Assembly (NCBI GenBank): GCA_002633005.1
Contig: NMRA01000175.1
Span: 656,734-720,733 of the forward strand
Direction: 5' to 3'
DNA: 64,000 nucleotides
From: Phoronis australis
Lineage: Eukaryota > Animalia > Phoronida
The position numbers and the translations under genes were made by a program. The notes under the pieces were generated by a model. That model did not search any database and had not been told where the DNA came from. It worked only from the letters and a program-made list of their open reading frames with translations. The first letter of the stretch is position 1. Each line of letters begins with the position of its first letter. Below, piece after piece: positions 1-26,856 of the stretch.

Positions 1-34
1 ACTCCTGCTACCAACACAGACCTCACTATCCTAC

Positions 35-2023
35 CTCTCAATTTCCCGGGCGAGCAGTCCATACGCCACAGAGGAAACGCCCGCACAGCCGTACCCCTGA
101 ATAGTTGGCCCCAACACGCCCAGATCACCCATCTCTTTCATTATTTCTTTGTGGAAGACTGGAAGACAATGAGACCACTCGCTGTTAAGATCTGACAATC
201 TCAAATACATTCAGCATTTCATATTTATTCATCATGAGTTCACATACAGTGCTCACAAAATCGTCGATGAAAGCACCTCAACTCTATCTCATTTGACGAA
301 AGTTACAAAGAACTATGTGAAAGAAATCAAACCAAAATAACTTTCAAAAATCCTCTGGAAACCAGACAACAATACTCAACAATCTGATTTCATATTTTTT
401 CCCTGAAAACTATTCATGAATGAAGATGAGATTTAAATCATTTTAACTGTGCGACTTTAAATAGCACCAGATGAAATGATACAGGAAGTCTACATCTAAT
501 GGTACATTCCAATGCCAGGATTTGAATTGTTTCTATCTTTCAGGTCCATTTCAGAAAGTACGCATAAGGAGTTAAGTTGGGGCAAAGCTTAAGAAAGTGT
601 CAGTTTTTGATCTTCCAAGGCTTCATGGAAACTGCCACTACAAGATCTCATCTCACTTTCATGTCTATTGGCCTCTGTGACTCTTGTCATCAAGTTCTCT
701 TGACAGTAATCCCTGAATTGGTCTCTAACCATCACCTCTTCATCAGTTAGACGACCTTCCAAATTCAGCGCATCCTTGTAGTCAAACGAGACTCCTTGAA
801 AAATAACAAGTCACAGACATCACTACATTATCTCCACTGGATGGCATGCTGGTGATAAGATCAGTTTTTTAGTGTATCACGTTATGCTGGTGATAAGATC
901 AGTTTTTAGTGGATCACGTTTAGGGTTGAGTAACACACTAACTCCCTGCTGCCAGTGACAGGATATTTGACTCAAAAAAAAATTGTGTGGTTTAAACGAC
1001 ATGTTTTTAGAATTTTGAAAACTGCATTTAAGAGCCATTTCCTAATTCCTGCTTGGGTCGATGTTTACCATGATGCTTGTCAGCCGCGAACTTGTCGCCC
1101 ATAGTTACATCACCAAAAACTATCAACTGGATACCAGTGCTTGTACATCTTTACTATCCCCAACAACAATTTAATAAACCAGGCAATTACAAATTAATGG
1201 GCCCATTACTCAGTGGATGAAACTACATGATTCTCTAAATCAGGGTCCACTATATCCAACCAGTGATGCCTGTGACCGGGGTATCACACTATCACAGACA
1301 TGGGCAAATTCGTCCTCAGAAAGAACTGTTAAACAAGACGTTAATACCTGTCAATTTGTTTATCAATAAGCTCACGAGACAACTAAGGGACAGAAACTCC
1401 GACAGGGATTATCCAACATGAATTGGAATTCCAGTGCATGAATTGGAGAACACTGGTGAATGGCATGGAAATGACTTGCCTGGAACTGTTGTGCGTGAAC
1501 TTGGAATCCAGCTTAATCTCAAGATTAAGCGGAAGTGAGTGTGAAAAGAATTTTTGTAATTATTGGCCTCGCGATCAACCAATTTCTCCTTTACCGTAAC
1601 TTGTGTCCCTGAACTAGAGGAATATGTGACTGGCTAAATCGATTATTGTTTGGACTTTGGTGAAACTGATCGCCCGTAGTTGAAAAGGTTAGTTAAAATT
1701 GACATTATTTTACTCAAATGTAACTTGATTTAGTGCAGTGCAAATTTTTATGAACATGAACGTGATTATTTGAGTGAACTTGTCAAGTTGCCTCGCGTAT
1801 TCCAAGTTCACGCAACACTCACTTCCGCTTAATCTTGAGATTAATTAAGCTGGATTCCAAGTTCATCACGTAGCCTACAGCAGAACTGCATGAACAAGAT
1901 TACCGTATTCTAAAAAGATGGTAAAAACACCAATAACAAACCAGAGCTCATGAGACGCGTCAGTTTCCGGGCCAATTTCAATGAGGTCGACAGAGGGCGA
2001 GCTATAGTGAAAGGAAGAGACAT
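35..2023 (-). CDS. GCDH: Glutaryl-CoA dehydrogenase, mitochondrial; first three coding exons (gene continues left of the window)
   Basis: Manual minus-strand translation with GT-AG junctions in consistent phase. Exon 1942-2023 [27 protein letters not shown] (mitochondrial presequence-like; least certain exon). Exon 657-794 [46 protein letters not shown]. Exon 35-158 [42 protein letters not shown], the characteristic GCDH N-terminal region. Confidence 0.93.
846..920. repeat. Short tandem duplication (~38 bp x2) in GCDH intron 1
   Basis: atgctggtgataagatcagttttt(t)agtg(t/g)atcacgtt occurs twice in tandem. Confidence 0.85.
1495..1864. mobile_element. MITE-like element with ~45-50 bp terminal inverted repeats in GCDH intron 1
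   Basis: tgaacttggaatccagcttaatctcaagattaagcggaagtgagtgt (~1496-1542) is inverted at ~1814-1865. The internal part (~1544-1705) resembles ~25801-25955, so the sequence is dispersed. No TSD resolved. Confidence 0.65.
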
Positions 2024-2337
2024 GATCGAAGTTTTTGGAGCTACTGACAGCTGATTGCATTACATAAATGAAGTTTGCATCATCTCTCTTCCGCAGGGTG
2101 TCACTGCTGTTTTCTTCCGGGCTTTGAGGTACAAGAATATGTAAACAGAAAATTTTACAAAAAAAATAACTTCTAATACACTTTAATTTGTACAAATATA
2201 TTAAAAATGTAAAATTAATTATTATTTTTACTTTAATAATGCGAATTTTTTTAACTTTAATAGTTTTATAGTTAATAATTTTAAATAAGATCTCGTAAGT
2301 TGAGTTATATTCTTTTAAGCTCATTCGCATCGGTGGC
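2024..2337. promoter_or_regulatory. Putative bidirectional promoter GCDH/FARSA
   Basis: Only 314 bp separate the divergent start codons (2023 -, 2338 +). Very AT-rich core at ~2148-2290. Confidence 0.65.
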
Positions 2338-15379
<13,042 letters not shown>

Positions 15380-17167
15380 CATTGCTGAAATCGTGACATT
15401 GAAGAAAAAACGGTGTTTGGTCCAATGGTGGTTCGAGCCAGTGGTTGGAAACTTATCTAGTAATTTCCGAAGTCAATTAGATACTGTTAGTGAGTACTGT
15501 AAATGGCACAACTTCTGACGACAAGATAGCAACATATGGTTACAGTCATGGTTACGTGGCTTAAACTGCATGTTACCTGTACTGTGCCACTTTCTACTGA
15601 AGTCAAGTGATCTAAAATGATGTCTGTAGTATTTAATGAGGAACAAATCTGAAATTCCAGTAATTTGAAGAATTGCCTTATTATGAATGTAAAGACCAAA
15701 CAATGGGAAAAAATTTTGTGATTAATAAATGTCATTGATAAAACGACTATAGTCATGGTTGCAGGTCTTTTTCCTCACCTTTTCATGTTCACGGACAACT
15801 TTTACAACATGAGACAGTTTCTATACATCTTTAGAAATGCCAGTGTTGAAAAATGACAGCACACAATATTAGCAAAATATATTTCAGCACGTCGTACTGT
15901 TTGAGAGAGGGTCTGCTCCCCAACTATGTGAATAATAAGCTATTCAACAATCCAGTTCTCGCAGTTTGATGTTTCTTTGTACACTTACCACAGGGAGATA
16001 TAACTTTCAGTTTTCTTGATGTTTGTGAACCAGTCCTGCAGTTTGCAAGAATGCTGCTTATATGTTCGTAAGGGCCACAACTGAGGGAGAGTTATGTGCT
16101 TTAAAGGCCGAGCTGATGGCTCGGGTCAAGGCAAGAACTATTGAATGAACGAACCCATCATACTTTTATGCCTTGATGTCAGATGCCAGTTCAACTGTCG
16201 TTCACTTGAGGCAGGCAGCTGAACTTGTACCTCTCTGTCTGTGGTGGCCAAAGACTGTTGTATCACAGGTGAAATGGCAATACTTTTAATTTCCTAGCAG
16301 TTATGTTGCAATGAGTAAAGTTATAAAACAAAACATTATGGAAAAAAATGGTTTCTTTATTGATATTATTCTCTGTTTGACAAAGTTTAACTCAAACTAG
16401 ACTGTCGTACCACCAGTTGAAAAATTGATGTGAATGAATTTCATCTTGGCCTTCCTATAATGATGTCGACTGACTGGACTTCGAAACCAGCTCTAGACAA
16501 CAGGATATCTTTAACTACAGTTGAATGACGCTTTATTTAGTATGGTTCAAGCTGACAACAGATTAATGAGGAAATAAATAAAACTCCAATATAACAATAC
16601 CACCAAGGTACACTTGGCTATTTTACTATTTTACCATAAAATACATTTCATATATACATGTACATATTCCAACCCATTTTGCAATATTTACACTTTCTAA
16701 TAAAATATTACATCAGGAATTGGCCCTTCTCTTCCCTGCATCCACATTTGATGCCGAACACGACGTAATGGTTTACCAATTCAATAGGTACAGATGAACA
16801 GTCATCACTGATGAGTCTTATAAACACCGAGTTGAAAATAACAGACATTCCACTGCTTGTCCCTGGCTACAGCATTCATTGCTTTGATAGAGTTCTATCA
16901 TAATGATTAGAGTGATCGCATGATTATCAGCAGTAGCTGTGAACTGATTGGCTATTTTGACACCTGACTGGCTGATCCAATAGTATCCAAGTAATGGCTT
17001 GACTGTCTTAGGTAACCATTTTTCTGTTGAAAACTCATTGGATCAGCATGATGTTGTGAAGCATTACCTTAGCCTGTTAACAGAACACGCAGTGGTGAGA
17101 AATGACTTGTGTTGACATACTAAATTTTTAACATAGCATCCAGCTGATTGACACTGTCCATTTGTGA

Positions 17168-20100
17168 TTAAAGTCTCATTGTGCTGACTGTTGTGAGAAG
17201 ATCTTGCACTGTAGTGTTGGAAGGTGACACAATGGACGTGTTAAAGAAGTAGAGCTGAAATGAAAAGGAAACATTCACGGTAACTTTTCAAATGTTTTCA
17301 TGATACGGGCCAAAAAATAATCATACAAAAATTCTGCTCTCAGCAGTCATGATGGACGTGTAATTATATTTAAACGCAGTAGTCATTGCATTGAATTCTT
17401 TAAACATGTGTTGTGTTATGTTAAGTAAAGCAATTCATAGCTAAATCAACTATTAAGTATTGCACTGCAACAAGTGGGCAGGAACATTGCCTCAAAAAAA
17501 TTGTAACAGGAAAAATAAATTTAAAAGTATAAGAGGCTTGACAAAGTTACTGAATAAAATCAGAAAAAAGACGAAAAATTTAACAACAGTTTTTATTTTT
17601 AAAAACCAACAATTTTCACATAACTTAGCAGTTCATTGTATTTGAAACCACAGATATAGTCTGTCTGAGTTGGAACTAAATCTGATTTACAGAAACCAAG
17701 CTGATTCTAGTTCCATAAAAAGCCACCAGGGGTTGCTTAGTCGACCACCAGATGGCAGTGCGTTGATGTTTCCCATATGGCTCATACTGTTTTTAAATTC
17801 ATTTACGAAGGAAAAAAAACTGCTTGACGAAATTTTTTGTCTTTCATGCAAACCCTTGACTTTTTGCATGTAGTTTTTATAACAGTTGTAATGAACACGG
17901 CAAAAATACACAACCCAATAGTCAACCGATGTCAACACCAGTATAGGTTACCAAAAGATAGCCCTTATATGCAATCTACGCATTGCAATCGGGTATGCCT
18001 TAAACTAATGAGTAAGGAAAATAATGAGCCTGGGGGAGCCCTGGCTCCACAGTCATATCTGTGAAGAATTTCTGCGGGGTACAGGTCGCCCTAGGGTGAC
18101 CCGCCTACTTTCGCGGGATGCCCTTGTTGTCGCGATCTACCCGATACCCCAATAAGATCCAAAGAAATGAGCTCCAAATTAATGTCAAAGTGGTTGGTGC
18201 ACACCAATTCTCAGTGTTGTTTTTTCAACAAACCCCCATTATAGGTCTACCATAGATTAAATACCCTGAGACGCTATCTTACCATGTTGAAAATCTCGCA
18301 TGTGGCACACAGCGCCACCTGGTTTCTACAGTGGTCAATAAGTGAAGACAGCTCATCTCTCATATGCCTATAATGCCCGATGGTTGTTTTTTTTCCGACA
18401 AAAAAACGACAAAGTGGGGGATCATGGCAGTCTGCTGTATTTCAATTTTATTTGAACCAGTTTATGGATTCTTCCAGATGAAAGATTTTTTCAAATATTT
18501 GGTCAATATTAAATAGAAGATAAACACTTTCATTTTTCAATTCTGCATCTGCTTGAACATGCACAAAGCTCTAATTCAATGTGTGCTGCACAGAGGGTGG
18601 TTTGTCCCCGTCTTACAATACATATATATGGGTCAAAAGAGACTTCAGTGGCAAGGCTCTGAGCCAGTAGCCTGCCTAAAACAGGATCAAGAGTAGATTA
18701 GGTCATCTTTTGATCTCGTTTTCTGCAATCTGGGCCAAATGCTTAGCATTTCTTCAAAGTGGAAGACTTATATTAATAAACTAATACAAGAAAATACAAG
18801 AACTTGAATGACTTAAAAAGATGAATTTCTGTTTTACGCAACAGGCTCTAGTCCTGAGGGTGTATTTTTGCATACATTCATGTTACTAAAATAAACATAC
18901 AGGGGCTTAAAAATTTTGTAATCCGGTGTTCAACCACCAGCCGTTGACTAGAAAGCTTCGAATACATAGTAATATGTAATTAGACCATGTGCATTCTAGA
19001 CTAGGCCTTAGATGGAAGTCATGAATATACTAAACTATCTCAAATCTAATTGATTGCTCCTTTGGGCAAAGGCAAGCACTCCTAAAAACACCACTGAAAT
19101 CCGTCAACAACAGATGTTCACACATACGTACACAAACACACGCACTAGCGCATGCACACACATGTAAACAAACATAAAAACATAAATTCTTGCCTTTGAA
19201 GTGCTGTAGGTATCAAGTATGCATTACAAATGTCAAGATTTTTTTGTTCAAACAAGTTCAACAGTTATAGTTAAAAAATGCTTCGTCACAAGCTATTAAA
19301 TCAAACAGCCCATAACCTGACAATACTTCGTGCCATGAGATATTTTGTATATTTTTCTGCTATATTTTTACATCCAAGCAAAAAGTCACCCAAAACCCTT
19401 CGCATTAGTGCCTTCGAAGCATTAAATTATTTTTTGCTACATTCATTTTACCTATTTCTCAACTCGGGTGCTTTTCGATTGCGCTTGTTGCTAAGCAATA
19501 CTGTACCTCTATTAGTTAAAAAATGACGCTGCATAGAGTACACGCATTTTGACATAGGATCTAGTGATAGCATGAATACTACTGTAACAACAAATAAAAT
19601 GGATTTGAAAACTAAAAAAATGACAGGCTTGGTTCTTTCCATCGGAAATTGGTGCAATTTATTGCAGCGCAATACGGTACATGAGCATTCACATTTGCAG
19701 ACGACATGACGACTCGACCGCAGATGTTCACAGGTGGTACGCAGAACACGTGTAGGGCAGTAATGCCCGTTACAGGAAACGTCCTGACGCATCTCGGAGT
19801 AATTAAGCTAGTGGGGTGTCGATATGTGACTTCTAAGGGCAATCCGGCCAAACACACCAAGACTTAAAAACCAAAATATTAATGAGATTTAGCCTGTTTG
19901 TAAGCGCTGCCAGGAAACTGTGCAACAACCACTTAGCATTGTTGTAGTTATTGTCCCATTGGATAATAGCATAAAAAATAATTTATAAACCGTCTTTCAA
20001 TGAAAAAAGTGCCACAATTAGTACTTTCTTTTATTGATGAGACGAGTACAGCATGGAAGTAATCCTGTCTGCACCAAAAGTCATAATAATTTAAAAACAC

Positions 20101-23100
20101 TTGGCAATTTTGTTGGTGGGGATAACGTACAATACTTACTAATAAATAAACTAACCCCACATATCAGAATTCATTCACATGAGCATCCATGGATATTAAT
20201 TGGAACTTTTTCGTTTTCTCTCAAGACTAGTTTTAATAAAATGCAATTGGTTTGCTGTGAACAGCCCAGTTCATTGGGTCTAAGTTCCATTAGGTTTGTT
20301 CTGTGTTCATTTTCAGTCAGTGTTCAAATACACTCAAAAGATACAGAAAAGAAACAAATTCCTTACCTTAAAGCCAGCAGCCAGCGCACCATGGAATACA
20401 ATTATAAGCACCATCAGAACTATTGCAATCTGGAATGAAGAGCCAGTAATTGGGATAAACATTGGCTCCATAATTTCCAATACTTACAATATCTATAATG
20501 ATAATTGTTTCAACCAAACTGAGAAAACTTGAGTCAAATTTCAGAAGATAAAAAGCTTTCGTGAGAAAAACTGTCCACTAGTCTACATGAACTAAAACCA
20601 AATCTCAAATAATGACTAATAAGAAATAACAACCACAACAAGCAGAATTGAAAGCACAACTCCAGGCATGCATCTGGCTGCATGTGACACATTTTGATGC
20701 TTTTATTCAAACAAAATGTTCATTTGTTACAGCAGTTTGTAAACTGAGGAAGTAGCATGACATTAATTTAACCGAGTACATGTTTAAATAAATGGAAGGT
20801 AACAGTTTTTACAAATCTTAAATACACAATAAAATGTTGCAGCAATTTTTTTTTTGATTAATTCTATACTACTTTCTTTCTCAATTTTAGCCACAACTTT
20901 AAAAGACTTATCAATGACACTAAATCATTTTTTCAAAACAGCTTCACATCAGCAGCATAATGTAATTTCACCATAAAGTGAGATTAATTATTGTACAATG
21001 CAGAACAGTTACTGGTACCTGCCGTGCCTGATTGAATCAATCAGACATTGTCAGTGGGCTCGGTACCGTGGGATATATCAACAGTTTGTTTGCTTCCCCG
21101 GACCCATTTTGATAACGCAACTCTGTACAGTAACTGGTCAGAGAAATATGATCAAAACACATCTCTTATGGCAGTACGCTTCCACAGTACTTCTACCAAA
21201 CAGGCTTCGTACCGTATCTTTGGTGGGTGTGGTCTGGGTGCGTTTGTCAAAATTATCCATTATTCCAAAGCCCTGCTAAAGAGATCAGCCATGGTCTTCA
21301 ATATCTAGCCACTTCACATCAACACATGCATAACTACCTTTTTATCATCCTCACTGACAGCGGGCCAGAAGGTAATGAGTAGAACACTACCAGAGAGTAC
21401 CATGCCCAGAGCCACCAACAACCACCTCAACCATTCAAAGGGTATCACCCACAGGATCTGGAAAGAGTGAAGACAAATGATAATTATTATCACACGACCA
21501 TTGAGAATTCTTTCGTCTTCAGATTGTACTGTAATGTTGACAAAACAGGATATGGAGTACCAGACGTCAGATGTCACTATTCACGATCTGACCAATCAGT
21601 GCTGCAGAAACAATGAACTCAGTACAAAGCGAGTATAAAATATAGAATATTGGGTCAAAAAAGCAGTTGGTTCTGGTTAATTTGTATTATGACTCATTTA
21701 AAAACCTGCACTCACTGAATGCTTGCCTGCATCAATTTCAGCGAAGGTCCGGTGATTTTTTTTCAAGTTATACAAAGGCAAATAAACAAGGTTAAGCAAG
21801 GTTTAAAAACGCCATGGTTTCCAAGCGATGAGAAAAAAACAATCTCACATCCTTTTTACCAGTCTCAAGTAGATTTTTGTATTATGAAAAAGTCAGCAAA
21901 TAAAAGAATGCTGCACCACTGACTCAATTTTCAGAAAAAAAGCATACCAGAACCCACCATGCTATGTTTGACCTTATAGCATTTGAAATTTTAAATTTTC
22001 ATACTTGATTATGCATCTTTGTCATACTTACTGAGATAGGAACATACACAGCCAGGGAGTAACCATAGACACAGATGATCTCCAGGAAGGAATAGCCAGC
22101 AGGACTCTGTCTCCACCTTAGGACCCCCCAGACTAGAGTGGGGATGAGCCACCAGTAGCAGTAAATGGCAGTAGCAGCAAATGTTACTGTAAACAACACT
22201 TGTCAATGTGAATACAACTTAGAATAAAAAATAACCAAAAATCTTTCCACAAAAAGGCAAACAAACCTTCTTAATGACAAAAACTCAAAGAGTTCTCATT
22301 TTTAGATAGCATTCACTTTTTTCAAATGCATTAGTTCCCCCCTAAATTGACAAGTTACTAGAAAAATGAACTCATCACATGTCAGTTAGCACCTAATAGA
22401 CAGTATAGCAATTCCCAAGTAATTCATACACTCCTGGTAGGAAATACGAGCCAATAGCTTTTAAACATTTCTTACACTTTCAATCACCCTGGGCCACATG
22501 CCATTGAGTGTAAAGAAAAAATAGGCCTGGATCAACGCTTCTCAATAATATGTGAACCTGGAGTAAGAACAAGCTAGTAAGTCTTCTCAAACATCCTTTC
22601 CAAGACCTTTGCTTTGGAATTAGTCCAACAGAAGATAACAGAGCACAAGACAGGCAATCTAGAAACCTGTGGTTTGATTCCCAGCTGGGATTCCTGGTGT
22701 CTCTGTGTTTATTTGATAGAAGATAAAACTGTTAGATAAATCTAGACATTGGCGAGATAATCTCCCTACCCCTATTGGCAGTGGTTTGTTTCCCATCCTG
22801 GTAAACCTAATAAATATGGAAGGCAGTAATGGTCAAGAATGTCACTTTTTGTGTTGTCATAAATCAGTGGGTTGATATTGTACAAATAAGAATGATTTGT
22901 CTTCATACACATGATATGTTGGCCACTTCACATGACCTATACTTATAAGTCTGAAAAAATCTCTGTCCCAGCCGGGGCTCGAGCACCACGCTTTCTGCTC
23001 ACCGGGCAGATGCTCTAGTCCACTGAGCTATCGGGACCACTGGTCGATTATAGAAACCTAAATGGACTGTAATAGAAAACATCTACCCAAACTTTTGAAT

Positions 23101-26100
23101 GCATAAACATGTACAATATTCTGTTGTTATGAATCAGAGCGTTGATATCGTATAAATAATAATTATTTCAGACTTAGCTATAGGTCAAGTGATGTGACCA
23201 ACACGTGGTCAGACCTTACCCTGGTGGAAGTTATAGTGCCATGTATAGTCCGCGCCAGCTGTGGCTATGAAGTTGGCCAGATTGCCAGCAATGGCTGTTG
23301 TGAAGACTAATGTGGTGCAGATCCAGAATGGCCCTGTGGAACAGAATTTGACATCAGTGTTTCCATCGAAATTAATTAAATGAGCGTGTTGCCATGCAGC
23401 TACATCGGAAAATGGCTGTTGCCAGAAGACAATAGACCTGCTGACAGAGTCAGCTCTAACAAAACACAGCAACACCACCAGCTTGTTCACCATTCACTAC
23501 ATCCAACAGTGAGAACAGCTGGTTCTGTCAGTAATACTATGGAATTTTTTAACAACTCGTCAGTAACAACAATAGTAAGCCAACAGTTAGTATAGCTGCT
23601 ATACTCACCATAGAGGTCAGGGTTTGGCCTGATTCTCGTCTTGAGGAAATTTGACCGTGTGAATGGGAGCATAGAGCCTAGTATCCTAGCAACCACCTGG
23701 GCTGTGTCCACATCAAAGAATTGTTGGTAATACTCAAAGGTCCAGAAAGAGGGAGGTGGCTTACCATCTTCCAGCAGCTACAATGGAATTGTTTGGTTTT
23801 TTTCTAAATATGATCTGTGAAATTAGTTGTGTAGAACTGACCTGTTATATCAAGCAATATCAGAGATTGTAACTCCAAGAATCTCCAAAAGTCATGTTAT
23901 ACGGAGACACGTGCTGCAGGCATAGATTCTGACTTCAGCGGGCAAAATTTGTGAATGACAGTGTTATTGTTTTGCAATATTTTGGTAGAAACTACAAAAA
24001 TCAGTACCCCAGCATCTGTTTACAATAATCCCTGAGTTTTCTACAGACAGACCCATCTTTGCATAAGGCCAGTGGGCATAATATATAAAGAAATATGCAC
24101 GAGATGAATTCTAAAATGTTTGCTCATAATCATAGGAAGTGGACATCAAAACCGTAACTTAAATAGATTTCCAACTATTAACTCCTACCTGTGGGGACAA
24201 CCATACACCAACAATGTTATGCATTCTTGACTCTTTTGTTTTCAATTTTTGCACCTGCTACAGTACTAAATACACTCATGCGTATATTCAGTACTTCCAA
24301 ATATAAGCCCGGGTGCATATTAATTTGGATTTGACTTTTGGTCCCTAAACTGATATGTTACGAATGTACGTTCCAGACTTGTCTGCGCACTAGTAACAGT
24401 CTTATCTGCCTGGGTACATAATTATGCAAATGAAGAGACTAATGTATCATGGAAAATTCATGACTAAGGTGGTTCACTTCACTTTATGAGACCAATATAT
24501 GATCAATACTTGACTGCTATGTGATAGAAACCTTTGACTGATCAGCTTCTTCATCGTTATCTTCCACTGGAGGCTGTTGCCGTGGTTGACTGGGTTTATG
24601 TTTGGTAGGGTAGTCTTCGTCTGATGACATGCCATGTACGTGCGGAATGTCTGAAATCAAACATGACGTCATCCAACTACCAACTACCCACTATGAGAAA
24701 GGCTGGTGGGAATCTAACACCATAATGCATGCATTTTAAGGTAAAATTAAAAACAAGGCTATTTCCTCCTCATGGTCTCACCACCTGAAATCCAACCCTA
24801 TACTCAACACATGTTGCAAACTTTAACGTATTGTGAAAATCTGTTTCAATCTCCACACAGACCATTTACAGCATCGTTTAAGTAAAAATACCTTCAATTT
24901 TGACACTTTTCCAATAATACCCATCTAACATTGATCCCCTTAAAATCAACCGCCAATGATCTCTCAAATTCCTTTCATGGTAAAAACCAATTGCTGTCAT
25001 GAGGAAAATGCGAAGATGCTGTATTTAGAAGTTAATTGGCCTTATTTAATCATCATCAGTTTAGGTCACAGGTAGGACGAAGAAATTAGAAATAGCTTGA
25101 ACTAATTGTTTACTAAGCAGAAATATTTATGACCAAACACTCAATTACTTGTTGCGTCCAGCTTCTTTGAAGAATGCATATATTCATTTCCAGCTCACTT
25201 GACAAACACTATATTACAGTACGTTAACAAAACTAAAGCTCATACCTTGGAAGTCTAGTTCGTCTCTGCTACTGAAAGCCTGAAACATTAAAAATGTCAG
25301 TATGGATCACAAAGTTATAAAATACCTTTTTAGAAGAGGTCAGACATGACACATTGCAATGGACTACGGAATATATTCTACAAATCACAAGCAGTAAAAA
25401 TGTCAACAAATAAAAATTAGAAAAGTGAGTTGCGGCATTCATTAGAAACACAGTCCATTTCATGTTAGTTGGTCCACTGCAAGCTGATCAGATCTAAGTT
25501 CCTTTTGGTGGGAAACAGAGCAATTATCACATATCAGCAATGACGTCAATAGTAACTGTTTGAAGCAAGGGAGACAATTGGCCTGTGTGTGTGACACTGG
25601 AAAAAAGTGCAATGAACATTTAACATTACACCAGATTGATATCTGCTCTCTGGTCAAAGTAAAAGGGGGGTTTGTAATACACCAGGGCTAATTAGCTTGT
25701 TGTACTTTAACCTTATTTTTGCTAAAAATGACATGAAAAACGGTTGCCTTTCCCTTTAAATATTCATTAAGGCAATCATGGTGAAATTTTTTGTTCATTG
25801 TAAAGAATTTTTGCAGTTATTGGCCCGAAGGCTACCAATTTTATCTTTAACAGTAACTTGTGTCACAGAATAGGAGGAATATGTGAACGATAATCATTTT
25901 TTTGTTTGGTGAATAATATTGCCAACAGTTGAAAAGATGGTTAAAATTTTTATTGCTGAATGGTTAGCACACTCGCCGGTTTTAACGATGTCACTGGTTT
26001 GATTCCCGGGTCGGGTAATCTCAGCTATTATAACAATTGCGTAGTTGGCAAACGGATGATATACTGAGGAAGCACTGCCAACTCAGGGGCCTGCAGACCT

Positions 26101-26602
26101 TGGACATAGCGCAAGTGGTGTGGATACACAACACAGGAGCGCATTACTGTGGGAAAATTCCAGGACATGGGGTATTGGAGTAGTGTTGCTGAGAGCAAAT
26201 TCCAGGACACTAGGGTGTTGCTGAGATCTGGAGCTAGGAGGTGTACCGGTTCCGTCGGAAAGGGGGTAATGTTTTAGACATGGCAGTTATATGAGCCTCT
26301 GTAAGCCACTACAGGACTGCTGGTTCGATTCCCGGGTGGGGTAATCTCGGATATTACTACAACAAAACTATTACATTACTGTACTAGTCATTACACAGAC
26401 TTTGTCTACAGGAGTCAGGAGTACAGACACAGTAGCATAGTGGCAGTGCAGAATGTGGCCCAGAATGGGATTCTAAACTGTACGTCCTCATATAAACAGC
26501 GCTAAACCTTAAACAATTACTGCTGGGTACTAAGTCTGTAGGACCCAATGAACATTTCAAAAGATTATGTAATACTAATACCGATCCATCAGGAGAAGCC
26601 AT
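17168..26602 (-). CDS. YIPF1: Yip1-domain protein YIPF1/YIPF2 homolog, complete, 9 exons
   Basis: Exons 26582-26602 (MASPDGS, inferred start), 25246-25279 (AFSSRDELDFQ), 24532-24650, 23609-23777 (SFWTFEYYQQFFDVDT...IRPNPDLYG), 23220-23333 (PFWICTTLVFTTAIAGNL), 22032-22186 (YSFLEIICVYGYSL), 21338-21457 (ILWVIPFEWLRW), 20367-20429 (FHGALAAGFK) and 17168-17254 (LYFFN...TAA). Phases are consistent. Likely co-orthologous to vertebrate YIPF1 and YIPF2. Confidence 0.93.
22965..23037 (-). mobile_element. tRNA-derived SINE head or tRNA pseudogene (Thr-GGT-like anticodon)
   Basis: Minus strand GTCCCGATAGCTCAGTGGACTAGAGCATCTGCCCGGTGAGCAGAAAGCGTGGTGCTCGAGCCCCGGCTGGGAC. It has an acceptor stem, A box/D stem (GCTC/GAGC) and anticodon stem TCTGC/GCAGA, but the T arm/B box is damaged. 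It runs into a dispersed repeat body (ttttcagacttat...taggtca) also seen at ~62950. Confidence 0.7.
25955..26350 (+). mobile_element. Degenerate tRNA-SINE-like fragments in YIPF intron 1
   Basis: A-box-like gctgaatggttag followed by B-box-like ggtttgattcccgggtcgggtaatctc (~25996). A second ggttcgattcccgggtggggtaatctc lies at ~26322. Confidence 0.45.
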
Positions 26603-26856
26603 GCCACAGTTTGAGGTTTTCCTTCGCCACCGAGGCACTCTCTAAAAATTTGTCTGCACTGTTGTCAGTAGAATTAATCAATTGCCACTAAACTGTTACA
26701 TTTGTTTGAAGAATTAATGTAAAAAAGCATTTATAAGTAGCTGAATTAAGATTATTAAAATATAAACTAGATACAAGAATTGTAATTAATTTCTCTTTTA
26801 ATGATGGAAAATTTTCTGAATTAAATTTTTGGCTTTCGTTAGTATCTAACTACAAG
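26603..26856. promoter_or_regulatory. Putative bidirectional promoter YIPF/TIMM29
   Basis: 254 bp between the divergent inferred start codons, AT-rich. A YY1-like CAAGATGGC overlaps the TIMM29 ATG. Confidence 0.6.

Noticed and set aside
21505-21530. CTGAAGA-C-GAAA on the minus strand as a hammerhead core
   Set aside because: No stem II between the boxes and no evident stems I or III.
22965-23037. Functional tRNA-Thr gene
   Set aside because: Disrupted T arm/B box, an anticodon not normally used in eukaryotes, and attachment to a dispersed repeat.
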